Shown here piece after piece: positions 38,081 to 49,778 of a stretch of DNA of 64,000 nucleotides (within the stretch, counting starts at the first letter, position 1; each line of letters starts with the position of its first letter). The stretch is from assembly GCF_006345805.1 (NCBI RefSeq), contig NC_043000.1, forward strand, positions 131,750,001-131,814,000, given 5' to 3'. Source of the DNA: Octopus sinensis. Its lineage: Eukaryota. The notes below the pieces were generated by a model. It was not told the origin of the DNA and made no database searches. It saw nothing but the letters and a program-made list of their open reading frames with translations. Position numbers and translations under genes: made by a program.

Positions 38081-38380
38081 TGGACGCGCAATGGCCCTGT
38101 GGTTAGGGCAGCGGACTTGCGGTCGTAGGATCGCGGTTTCAATTCCCAGACCGGGCGAAGTGAGTGTTTATTGAGCGAAAACACATAAAGCTCCACGAGG
38201 CTCCGGTGGGGGACGGGCGATCCCTGCTGTACTCTTTCACCACAACTTTCTCTCACTCTTTCTTCTGTTGGCCTGTTCGCTTAGCCAACGGGGTGGCGTC
38301 ATTTAAAGGCTAAAACAATGCGAAGCGCATTGTGACCAGCGATGTGTAGCAACAACAGATAGCCTAGTCGGTCACGGTGA
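38081..38380 (+). mobile_element. tRNA-derived SINE (Arg-like head)
   Basis: A-box tggccctgtggttagg and B-box ggtttcaattcc; imperfect flanking repeat tataag(t/c)atat. Confidence 0.65.
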
Positions 38381-38557
38381 TATAAGCATATAAAATTTTT
38401 GTTCGTTATATTTATGGTCAACGATTATCTATGATGCGACGATTATCTCTCTTTATACAGTTAACGCATTTGCTCCTCTTCTCTCTGCTTGATGGCCGTA
38501 TAGCAACAATCAACATGATATGAAAGCTATTTTCAACATCTTCATAGGAAAACTTTA

Positions 38558-38974
38558 AGATCTTTTCTGTTTGAACGACAGTTTTTTTACATAATTTCTT
38601 GGTAACTAAAATTTTTAAACTTCGTATACTGGTAGAATGTGTTTACAAAACATATTTTTCTCTTGGGTTTATTGAGAAAATTCTATAGTTTGTAAGATAT
38701 TCGTATTTTCTTTTATTCAATTTCTGCAATTTCAACCAATCACTGACGTCCATTGAGGTAAACAACATTCTGTGCCGTATGAATATATCCCTCGTTTAAG
38801 AAACAGATTGGGTTTATTTACATTTGTGAAGAAAAAAAGATACCCTTCCCCCCACTCCTAACCCTAACCCTAAAATAGATTGAAATGCAATAGATCGATA
38901 CTAGGGTCATAATTATGGGTGACAATTTCATATGACACCGCTAGAAAAAACTGCCGTTCAAACCGAAAAGATCC
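38558..38974. mobile_element. Merlin-like MITE (417 bp) inserted in degenerate 5S spacer
   Basis: TIRs (A/G)GATCTTTTC.GTTTGAACG.CAGTTTTT; 8-bp TSD AAACTTTA; the empty paralogous site ggaaaactttagtaaac is at ~31195-31211. Confidence 0.85.
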
Positions 38975-39202
38975 AAACTTTAGTAAACTTCAGTGGACGA
39001 CTATCACTGTCAACACAGTTCATAATTAAGGAACAACCATACAAGAGGTTTCCACGCGCTTGACTTCATAAATATACTAATGATTTTGTATTCAATAATG
39101 AAAACAAATTGAATCCGATTTTTATTACTATATCATATGGTTAAAATAGAACTTGTTTAAATTTTAAAAGAAAAGAAAATTGAAGGTAGAAAAAAAAAAG
39201 AA

Positions 39203-39300
39203 ATGCACCTAGGTGTCCCAAAGGTTCATCCATCTAAGTACTAACTAGGAAGCTGCTGCTTAACTTCGGTGATCGGAAGAAAACCGGAGCTTTCTACGGT
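39203..39300 (-). pseudogene. 5S_rRNA: Degenerate 5S pseudogene
   Basis: Recognisable catctaagtactaactagg...cttaacttcggtgatcgg with many substitutions and deletions. Confidence 0.8.
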
Positions 39301-39360
39301 TACAATGGAACTTGTTTAAATTAAAAGGAAAAAAAATTAATTTAAATAAAAGAAATAGAA

Positions 39361-39478
39361 TGCTTACAGCACCTAGGTTTCCCAAGCGGTCACCCATCTG
39401 AGTACTAACTAGGCTCGATGTTGCTTAATTCGGTGATCAGACAAGAACCGGTGCTTTCAACGTGATATGGCCGTAAGC
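39361..39478 (-). pseudogene. 5S_rRNA: 5S variant (type B-like, 118 nt), probable pseudogene
   Basis: One deletion and 3 extra substitutions relative to array type B; no long T terminator. Confidence 0.75.
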
Positions 39479-39944
39479 AGCAGAATAGTAAATTTTAAGA
39501 TATTTATTCTATAAACTGATACTAAAACTTCTTAACTTTTTAGAATGAGTTCATTCTCTTTAAAATATACAAACAATTTAACAAAATCTTTCATGAACAG
39601 TTTATGAGGCCATTTATGGTATCATAAAGGAGTCTGTATACATCGGGTTGGATATAAAATAGCACCATTCCTTCAATCAATAAACTCTAATGCATAACTT
39701 TAAAAGACAAAAAACTGATATAGTCGGTGGGCCAAATCCAAATATTGAGTTGGTTGTACCCCCCTCTGTAACTTTAGTTTGATGGTACCACATTGTTCCT
39801 GGGTCTATGGGAATGACACTTTCACTGGTTGTCATTCGCACAACATGTCAGGTAGTTAGGACAATAGCTTTTTATAAGTAAGGGTGAGTCTCGAGGCTAT
39901 AAAAAGTGGAAATATGTGATTCACATATTTGTCTATTAATGCTC

Positions 39945-41712
39945 TAGATGTCACTGAAATTAAGGAAATATACCTCTTTACATACCCATGTGCAATTTTT
40001 TATCTTCTCATTGCGCAAATTGGAAAATCTCACCAATTTGTCTGAAAAAAACGCCAATTTTTTTATGTTTTTTCATAGTATATTGTCTTTCATTCCTATA
40101 TTTTTGCAATTAATTTAATATTTATTAAGTTGAACAACATACTTGTATTTGGTGCTTATTTTTACTATTCCATGTGAAATTTGAGTCCACTCTCTTCAAT
40201 AATAATGATATTATGAGCAACAAAAGCACTAAAACATAACATAACCCCCAAAAGTCAAGCAATTTCACTCACCACCAGTGCAAGTTTTACCACAGCCAAT
40301 AATACACTTTACAGAATGAGCAAATGTGCGGGAGAAAAACAGTCATCATTATTCATTAATAATCCTCATCCTCATCTTCATCACTGGATTCTGTTTGATC
40401 AATATTTGTATTTGGTATTTGTGCATGACTTGACAGGCATCAGTGCATGACAATCCATTCATAAGGCATGAGCACCGACTACCGTTACACTGGCTAATAC
40501 TGCATTTACAAGATATCAATAACAGGAGTGCTTTTGGTGCTGGTGGTTTGTCTATCCAGTGGATAGCCAATGTGTCATCTTTGAAGTCCCAGCCATGGCC
40601 ATCTGGACTTGGTGTGGTAGCAGATGCATCCAGTACTGATCGCCAGATGCATGCTTGGTAATTTGCCCACTTCACATGGTACTTGAGTGCATCTTGAGTC
40701 GGTGGAAGTTGACAGGTTTGGGCATTCTTGGTGCAGAATAGTTTATAGCAGACAAGGTCGGTATCATTGCCACTGTACCCGTAGAGAGAACAAACAAACT
40801 GTCCACATGCTTGCAGCCTTTCATCATCTATATGAAACAATGAGCCATTCTCATCATATTGCACATGTCTACGTCAGACACCACCATCTTGAATGCCTGC
40901 TTCTATCCCATACCAACAAATGCACCCATGTTGTCAGATCCTGTGAATGTGTGCATTCCTGGCAGTGCTTCACACACTTCTTTTCCTAGTTTCAGGTCAA
41001 TAGCTGTGGCATCAAGGTACCTTTGTCTCTGTGTGGTGCCAGCGCAGAATAGTAGTCTTGCATTGATTTGATGGCTATAAGCACAGGCTAACACAACAAC
41101 ATTTGTATCAGGTGACTTAATTATGATGCATGCATGACCCTCTAATGCTGTATAGTCTGCATGTAGCAGAATGCGGGTGTCAGTTTCTTCCTTTGATGTG
41201 CACAGTTGATCTGCTCTGCTGCATTTTACACAACCATAACTCTCAACAAGCATGTGGCACCCATCCCCATGGGTGATGTACAGTGGTCCAAACCCTTTAA
41301 ACCTGGAAGCATATTCTGGCTGCTGTAACTCTTCCACCAGAAACTTTGCAAGATCGGTCTCGTTCCCACCATCACTAAGGAACTTCTTCCACTGTGACGG
41401 ACACTTTTGATGACTGCCAAAGAACTTTATTTTCAAGACGCCTGATGTACCATGCTTTGCTTGCTCTGGGTTCTTGATAGACAGCTTAGGATACTGGTCC
41501 ATAACTAGGGATGTTCTGGCAGGGTTGTTGCTTGTTGACTTCAGTACTTGAAGAACATAAGCAGCAAGATCTCTGAATGTCTTGGGGACTGTCTTTATGG
41601 ATTACAGCAAGGCCATTCCATCAAAGAGCCATACTGCTGTTGTAGGGATGTATTTGCTGGTTTAGCTAGCTCTTCTAATGAATATAAAAGGGATGCCTTG
41701 GTAGTCTTTGCA
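39945..41712 (-). mobile_element. AcademX-like transposon 3' fragment (XPG/FEN1-like nuclease + Cys-rich finger), unit 1
   Basis: KTTKASLL..FDGMA..KTF..MDQY..SIK..EETDTRILLH..SPDTNV..MHTFTGSD..LPPTQDAL..H..ANYQ..IW..GW..CKCS..C..CSC..CTDAC. Stops and frameshifts are present. Confidence 0.7.
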
Positions 41713-41860
41713 GGTGCTAGGTAAATGAAGACTTAAATGACAGTAAGAATGAGAAGGTAAATAGGAAAATTTCATAAGCCGTAATAAAAACGAAGTTAAA
41801 TTAGGCAGAGCTTCGGTAGTAGTAAAAAAAAAAAAAAAGAAAAAAAACAAACAAAAGGGA

Positions 41861-41979
41861 TGCTTACAGCACCTAGGGTTCCCAAGCGGTCACCCATCTA
41901 AGTACTAACTAGGCTCGATGTTGCTTAACTTCGGTGATCAGACGAGAACCGGTGCTTTCAACGTGATATGGCCGTAAGC
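41861..41979 (-). rRNA. 5S_rRNA: 5S rRNA type B
   Basis: 119 nt; G25 and T40; 3' flank TCCCTTTTGTTTG-T-run. Confidence 0.95.
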
Positions 41980-42659
41980 AGCAGAATAGTAAATTTTAAG
42001 ATATTTATTCTATAAACAGATACTAAAACTCTTTTTCGTGATAAATTCATTTCTTAAAAATCTATATACAACTTTAGACGTTCTTTCGTTAAAAATCTAT
42101 GACGTCGTGAGTGGGCTTGTGACATTGTGTTTCATCTGCTTCACAGTGCTAATAAGTTAAACACTCGCACCAACACTTAATCGTTATTGACGTTGTATAC
42201 CAGTTGAACTTCATTTTCATTACGACTTATGAACTTTTCCTATTTTCCTTCCCACCAGCAAGTCACACTACTACGTTTCTTACACGTTCATCTTTACTAC
42301 AAAACATTTCACATTTCGTGCGCCAGCGCTTTACAGGGAATGTTGTTATATGCCGGTGTGATGATGTGTTACGATCACTATATCAATAGGGTCGGATATA
42401 AAATAGCACCATTTATTTGCCGACTATACCCAGCATTCTGATATTCAGTAGTTGATAGCAGAAATAGAAGCGGGTACTTGTTCACTATTTTGTGCACGAA
42501 ATGTGAAATGTTTTCTGATAAAGATCGACGTGTAAAAAACTTAGAATCCTGACTTATTAGTGTTGTATGGGTGCTAGGTAAATAAAAACTGACAAGCAAT
42601 CGGTTTTGCTCTTCATTTATTGCTTTCACTTGTATGTATGTATATCTGTACGTGAGTGA

Positions 42660-42695
<36 letters not shown>

Positions 42696-43266
42696 CACTG
42701 TTGAAGTTGCTCGTGCATATGAAAAACAATTAAAGTGTGTGCGCGACCGCGTGTTTCACTTCTTAGTCTCAAGTAAATAAACATTAAAGAAATAAAGGAT
42801 CTTTTCCTTTTCAACGGCAGGTCAAGAAATTAATTTTTAGGAAAAAGATCCGAAATGTTTTATATGACACACATGAGAGTGTCCGAAGTTTGAAAGTGTT
42901 TGGTTAGAAAAAATTAAACTCTCGATCTGGCTTTGAAAGGGAAGAGATCGGAAATAGAAATTGTATAGGGAACTTGCCGAACAAATACTTGCAATTAATT
43001 GCCTAAAGACCGTAAAAATGATGATAAAAATGGAGTTAAATTGCCAATGCTTGGGCATTAGTTTTAAGATATCAATGAAGAGCAATTGCTGGTGCGAATG
43101 TCGAGCGCTGCGAAGGTGTTGGAAATATGTCACATATTCATTGCAGATATCATAGACTTTTAAGGAAAGATCGTCTTAAAACTAAGGAAAAAACTTTTGT
43201 AGTGAAAAATAAAATTGTGATTGTATCAATTTATAGAATAAATATATTAAACTTTACTACTCTGTT

Positions 43267-43385
43267 GCTTACGGCCATATCACGTTGAAAACACCGGTTC
43301 TCGTCCGATCACCGAAGTTAAGCAACATCGAGCCTAGTTAGTACTTAGATGGGTGACCGCTTGGGAACCCTAGGTGCTGTAAGCA
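43267..43385 (+). rRNA. 5S_rRNA: 5S rRNA type A (A1)
   Basis: 119 nt; A25 and C40; immediate long T-run. Confidence 0.97.
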
Positions 43386-44056
43386 TTTTTTTTTTTTCTT
43401 TCTTTAGATTTACTTTTATTCTAACAGTATGATAGTTATGGATAGTGGATTCAATTTGTTTTCATTATTGAATACAGAATTCCACTCGTATATTTACCAA
43501 ATCAAGCGCGTGGGAACATCTTGTATGGCTGTTCTTTATTTATGAACCTTGTTGACAGTGATAGTTGTCCACTTAGGTTTATTAAAGTTTTCCTATGAAG
43601 ATGTTCAAAATAAGATCATTCTTTTTAAAATTTAGTTTTTTTTTTAATATTCGTTTACTACACATATTACACTTTTTTCTTCATCTTTGTGACCGAGTCC
43701 TAAACTAGAGATTAACAACGCGAAACGTGAAATGTTTCTGCTAATGATCAACGTGTAAGGAACGTAGTAGCCTGACTTGCTGCTGTATAACGTGTTCTAG
43801 GTAAATAAAAACTCAAATGACCCTAACAATGACTACGAAAGGTCCATAAGTCGTGATGTAATTGAAATTAAATTGAGCAATATTTCGGTATTTCTATATG
43901 ACGGCAATGATGAGAAAATTTGGTGCGAGTGTGTGTTTAACTGTACAGCTGTGTGAAGATGAGCCATAAAGTCACAGACTCCCTCATCATATCATAAATT
44001 GTTTGTAAATTTTAAAGAGAATGATCTTATTCTAAAAGAAGAAGTTTTAGTATGAG

Positions 44057-44072
44057 TTTATAGAATAAATAT
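44057..44072 (+). promoter_or_regulatory. Conserved TATA-like upstream element of 5S genes (TTTATAGAATAAATAT, about -37 to -22)
   Basis: The same motif sits at a similar position upstream of A1, A2, B and the edge copies although the spacers otherwise diverge. Confidence 0.65.
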
Positions 44073-44093
44073 AGTAAAATTTACCACTTTGTT

Positions 44094-44212
44094 GCTTACG
44101 GCCATATCACGTTGAAAACACCGGTTCTCGTCCGATCACCGAAGTTAAGCAACATCGAGCCTAGTTAGTACTTAGATGGGTGACCGCTTGGGAACCCTAG
44201 GTGCTGTAAGCA
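44094..44212 (+). rRNA. 5S_rRNA: 5S rRNA type A (A2)
   Basis: 119 nt, identical to A1; T-run terminator. Confidence 0.97.
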
Positions 44213-44876
44213 TTTTTTTTTTTTTTTGTTTTTTCTTTAGATTTACTTTTATTCTAACAGTATGATAGTTATGGATAGTGCATTCAATTTGTTTTCATTA
44301 TTGAATACAGAATTCTACTCGTATATTTACCAAATCAAGCGCGTGGGAACATTTTGTATGGCTGTTCTTTATTCATCAACCTTGTTGACAGTGATTATTA
44401 AGGGTTTTTCCGTGAAGATGTTGAAAGTAGCTTTCATCTTACGATTGTTGCACGGCTATGAACCAGAGGGACAGGAAGAAATACTGCAAAACGTTGCCTG
44501 CGACACTTCGCTGATTCTTAACTTTTGGAAGGGAGATAACTGTCGCGTTAACTTAAAATGTGTTCAGTCATATTCCTTCGACCAATAAAGTCTAACGCAT
44601 AACTTTAAAAGACAAAAAACTCATATAGTCGGTGGGCCGAATCCAAAAAGAGCCTTGTATATTGAGTTGGTTGCACCCTCCTCTGCAACTTTAGTTTGAT
44701 GGTACCACATTGTTCATGGGTCTATGCGAATGGCACTTTCACTGGTTGTCTTTCGCACAGCATGTCAGGTAGTTAGGACAATAGCTTTTTATAAGTAAAG
44801 GTGAGTCTCGAGGCTATAAAAAGTGGAAATATGTGATACACAGGTAACCATTGGAAATAATTGTCAATTAACGCCC

Positions 44877-46641
44877 TAGATGTCACTGAAATTAAGGAAA
44901 TATACCTCTTTACATACCCATGTGCAATTTTTTATCTTCTCATTGCGCAATTGGAAAATCTCACCAATTTGTCTGAAAAAAACGCCAATTTTTTTATGTT
45001 TTTTCATAGTATATTGTCTTTCATTCCTATATTTTTGCAATTAATTTAATATTTATTAAGTTGAACAACATACTTGTATTTGGTGCTTATTTTTACTATT
45101 CCATGTGAAATTTGAGTCCACTCTCTTCAATAATAATGATATTATGAGCAACAAAAGCACTAAAACATAAAACATAACCCCCAAAAGTCAAGCAATTTCA
45201 CTCACCACCAGTGCAAGTTTTACCACAGCCAATAATACACTTTACAGAATGAGCAAATGTGCGGGAGAAAAACAGTCATCATTATTCATTAATAATCCTC
45301 ATCCTCATCTTCATCACTGGATTCTGTTTGATCAATATTTGCGGTATTTGTGCATGACTTGACAGGCATCAGTGCATGACAATCCATTCATAAGGCATGA
45401 GCACCGACTACCGTTACACTGGCTAATACTGCATTTACAAGATATCAATAACAGGAGTGCTTTTGGTGCTGGTGGTTTGTCTATCCAGTGGATAGCCAAT
45501 GTGTCATCTTTGAAGTCCCAGCCATGGCCATCTGGACTTGGTGTGGTAGCAGATGCATCCAGTACTGATCGCCAGATGCATGCTTGGTAATTTGCCCACT
45601 TCACATGGTACTTGAGTGCATCTTGAGTCGGTGGAAGTTGACAGGTTTGGGCATTCTTGGTGCAGAATAGTTTATAGCAGACAAGGTCGGTATCATTGCC
45701 ACTGTACCCGTAGAGAGAACAAACAAACTGTCCACATGCTTGCAGCCTTTCATCATCTATATGAAACAATGAGCCATTCTCATCATATTGCACATGTCTA
45801 TGTCAGACACCACCATCTTGAATGCCTGCTTCTATCCCATACCAACAAATGCACCCATGTTGTCAGATCCTGTGAATGTGTGCATTCCTGGCAGTGCTTC
45901 ACACACTTCTTTTCCTAGTTTCAGGTCAATAGCTGTGGCATCAAGGTACCTTTGTCTCTGTGTGGTGCCAGCGCAGAATAGTAGTCTTGCATTGATTTGA
46001 TGGCTATAAGCACAGGCTAACACAACAACATTTGTATCAGGTGACTTAATTATGATGCATGCATGACCCTCTAATGCTGTATAGTCTGCATGTAGCAGAA
46101 TGCGGGTGTCAGTTTCTTCCTTTGATGTGCACAGTTGATCTGCTCTGCTGCATTTTACACAACCATAACTCTCAACAAGCATGTGGCACCCATCCCCATG
46201 GGTGATGTACAGTGGTCCAAACCCTTTAAACCTGGAAGCATATTCTGGCTGCTGTAACTCTTCCACCAGAAACTTTGCAAGATCGGTCTCGTTCCCACCA
46301 TCACTAAGGAACTTCTTCCACTGTGACGGACACTTTTGATGACTGCCAAAGAACTTTATTTTCAAGACGCCTGATGTACCATGCTTTGCTTGCTCTGGGT
46401 TCTTGATAGACAGCTTAGGATACTGGTCCATAACTAGGGATGTTCTGGCAGGGTTGTTGCTTGTTGACTTCAGTACTTGAAGAACATAAGCAGCAAGATC
46501 TCTGAATGTCTTGGGGACTGTCTTTATGGATTACAGCAAGGCCATTCCATCAAAGAGCCATACTGCTGTTGTAGGGATGTATTTGCTGGTTTAGCTAGCT
46601 CTTCTAATGAATATAAAAGGGATGCCTTGGTAGTCTTTGCA
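44877..46641 (-). mobile_element. AcademX-like fragment, unit 2
   Basis: Near-identical to unit 1 with the same lesions. Confidence 0.7.
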
Positions 46642-46791
46642 GGTGCTAGGTAAATGAAGACTTAAATGACAGTAAGAATGAGAAGGTAAATAGGAAAATT
46701 TCATAAGCCGTAATAAAAACGAAGTTAAATTAGGCAGAGCTTCGGTAGTAGTAAAAAAAAAAAAAAAAAGAAAAAAAACAAACAAAAGGGA

Positions 46792-46910
46792 TGCTTACAG
46801 CACCTAGGGTTCCCAAGCGGTCACCCATCTAAGTACTAACTAGGCTCGATGTTGCTTAACTTCGGTGATCAGACGAGAACCGGTGCTTTCAACGTGATAT
46901 GGCCGTAAGC
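46792..46910 (-). rRNA. 5S_rRNA: 5S rRNA type B
   Basis: Identical to 41861-41979. Confidence 0.95.
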
Positions 46911-48170
46911 AGCAGAATAGTAAATTTTAAGATATTTATTCTATAAACAGATACTAAAACTCTTTTTCGTGATAAATTCATTTCTTAAAAATCTATATAC
47001 AACTTTAGACGTTCTTTCGTTAAAAATCTATGACGTCGTGAGTGGGCTTGTGACATTGTGTTTCATCTGCGAGTTAAACACTCGCACCAACACTTAATCG
47101 TTATTGACGTTGTATACCAGTTGAACTTCATTTTCATTACGACTTATGAACTTTTCCTATTTTCCTTCCCACCAGCAAGTCACACTACTACGTTTCTTAC
47201 ACGTTCATCTTTACTACAAAACATTTCACATTTCGTGCGCCAGCGCTTTACAGGGAATGTTGTTATATGCCGGTGTGGTGATGTGTTACGATCACTATAT
47301 CAATAGGGTCGGATATAAAATAGCACCATTTATTTGCCGACTATACCCAGCATTCTGATATTCAGTAGTTGATAGCAGAAATAGAAGCGGGTACTTGTTC
47401 ACTATTTTGTGCACGAAATGTGAAATGTTTTCTGATAAAGATCGACGTGTAAAAAACTTAGAATCCTGACTTATTAGTGTTGTATGGGTGCTAGGTAAAT
47501 AAAAACTGACAAGCAATCGGTTTTGCTCTTCATTTATTGCTTTCACTTGTATGTATGTATATCTGTACGTGAGTGAGTGAGTGTGTGTGTGTGTGTGTGC
47601 CACTGTTGAAGTTGCTCGTGCATATGAAAAACAATTAAAGTGTGTGCGCGACCGCGTGTTTCACTTCTTAGTCTCAAGTAAATAAACATTAAAGAAATAA
47701 AGGATCTTTTCCTTTTCAACGGCAGGTCAAGAAATTAATTTTTAGGAAAAGATCCGAAATGTTTTATATGACACACATGAGAGTGTCCGAAGTTTGAAAG
47801 TGTTTGGTTAGAAAAAATTAAACTCTCGATCTGGCTTTGAAAGGGAAGAGATCGGAAATAGAAATTGTATAGGGAACTTGCCGAACAAATACTTGCAATT
47901 AATTGCCTAAAGACCGTAAAAATGATGATAAAAATGGAGTTAAATTGCCAATGCTTGGGCATTAGTTTTAAGATATCAATGAAGAGCAATTGCTGGTGCG
48001 AATGTCGAGCGCTGCGAAGGTGTTGGAAATATGTCACATATTCATTGCAGATATCATAGACTTTTAAGGAAAGATCGTCTTAAAACTAAGGAAAAAACTT
48101 TTGTAGTGAAAAATAAAATTGTGATTGTATCAATTTATAGAATAAATATATTAAACTTTACTACTCTGTT

Positions 48171-48289
48171 GCTTACGGCCATATCACGTTGAAAACACCG
48201 GTTCTCGTCCGATCACCGAAGTTAAGCAACATCGAGCCTAGTTAGTACTTAGATGGGTGACCGCTTGGGAACCCTAGGTGCTGTAAGCA
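48171..48289 (+). rRNA. 5S_rRNA: 5S rRNA type A (A1)
   Basis: Intact 119 nt. Confidence 0.97.
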
Positions 48290-48996
48290 TTTTTTTTTTT
48301 TCTTTCTTTAGATTTACTTTTATTCTAACAGTATGATAGTTATGGATAGTGGATTCAATTTGTTTTCATTATTGAATACAGAATTCCACTCGTATATTTA
48401 CCAAATCAAGCGCGTGGGAACATCTTGTATGGCTGTTCTTTATTTATGAACCTTGTTGACAGTGATAGTTGTCCACTTAGGTTTATTAAAGTTTTCCTAT
48501 GAAGATGTTCAAAATAAGATCATTCTTTTTAAAATTTAGTTTTTTTTTTAATATTCGTTTACTACACATATTACACTTTTTTCTTCATCTTTGTGACCGA
48601 GTCCTAAACTAGAGATTAACAACGCGAAACGTGAAATGTTTCTGCTAATGATCAACGTGTAAGGAACGTAGTAGCCTGACTTGCTGCTGTATAACGTGTT
48701 CTAGGTAAATAAAAACTCAAATGACCCTAACAATGACTACGAAAGGTCCATAAGTCGTGATGTAATTGAAATTAAATTGAGCAATATTTCGGTATTTCTA
48801 TATGACGGCAATGATGAGAAAATTTGGTGCGAGTGTGTGTTTAACCGTACAGCTGTGTGAAGATGAGCCATAAAGTCACAGACTCCCTCATCATATCATA
48901 AATTGTTTGTAAATTTTAAAGAGAATGATCTTATTCTAAAGAAGAAGTTTTAGTATGAGTTTATAGAATAAATATAGTAAAATTTACCACTTTGTT

Positions 48997-49115
48997 GCTT
49001 ACGGCCATATCACGTTGAAAACACCGGTTCTCGTCCGATCACCGAAGTTAAGCAACATCGAGCCTAGTTAGTACTTAGATGGGTGACCGCTTGGGAACCC
49101 TAGGTGCTGTAAGCA
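48997..49115 (+). rRNA. 5S_rRNA: 5S rRNA type A (A2)
   Basis: Intact 119 nt. Confidence 0.97.
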
Positions 49116-49778
49116 TTTTTTTTTTTTTTGTTTTTTCTTTAGATTTACTTTTATTCTAACAGTATGATAGTTATGGATAGTGCATTCAATTTGTTTTCAT
49201 TATTGAATACAGAATTCTACTCGTATATTTACCAAATCAAGCGCGTGGGAACATTTTGTATGGCTGTTCTTTATTCATCAACCTTGTTGACAGTGATTAT
49301 TAAGGGTTTTTCCGTGAAGATGTTGAAAGTAGCTTTCATCTTACGATTGTTGCACGGCTATGAACCAGAGGGACAGGAAGAAATACTGCAAAACGTTGCC
49401 TGCGACACTTCGCTGATTCTTAACTTTTGGAAGGGAGATAACTGTCGCGTTAACTTAAAATGTGTTCAGTCATATTCCTTCGACCAATAAAGTCTAACGC
49501 ATAACTTTAAAAGACAAAAAACTCATATAGTCGGTGGGCCGAATCCAAAAAGAGCCTTGTATATTGAGTTGGTTGCACCCTCCTCTGCAACTTTAGTTTG
49601 ATGGTACCACATTGTTCATGGGTCTATGCGAATGGCACTTTCACTGGTTGTCTTTCGCACAGCATGTCAGGTAGTTAGGACAATAGCTTTTTATAAGTAA
49701 AGGTGAGTCTCGAGGCTATAAAAAGTGGAAATATGTGATACACAGGTAACCATTGGAAATAATTGTCAATTAACGCCC

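Noticed and set aside
38858-38873. Interstitial telomeric repeat
   Set aside because: Fewer than three units, and they lie inside a MITE.
40349-41502. The 153-199 aa ORFs repeated in each unit as a functional protein-coding gene array
   Set aside because: They are pieces of one longer reading frame broken by a shared stop (GMG*) and frameshifts, with catalytic-looking acidic residues altered (DTNV, TGSD). A transposon remnant fits better than a gene.
41712-41979. 5S type B acting as a SINE3-like promoter for the downstream same-strand Academ-like fragment
   Set aside because: A long T-rich Pol III terminator lies between them, and there is no A-tail or TSD defining a composite retroposon.
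44262-44588. 108-aa and similar short spacer ORFs (also 42837-43133, 42961-43155) recurring in each unit
   Set aside because: They recur only because the DNA is duplicated; there are no motifs, and the paralogous spacer copies do not keep the frame.
42000-45000. Linked snRNA (U1, U2, U5, U6), SL RNA or tRNA genes in the 5S spacer, as in some other invertebrates
   Set aside because: I found no recognisable snRNA 5' sequences or cloverleaf by eye; only an isolated AATTTTTAGG near 42831. An Rfam scan would be decisive.
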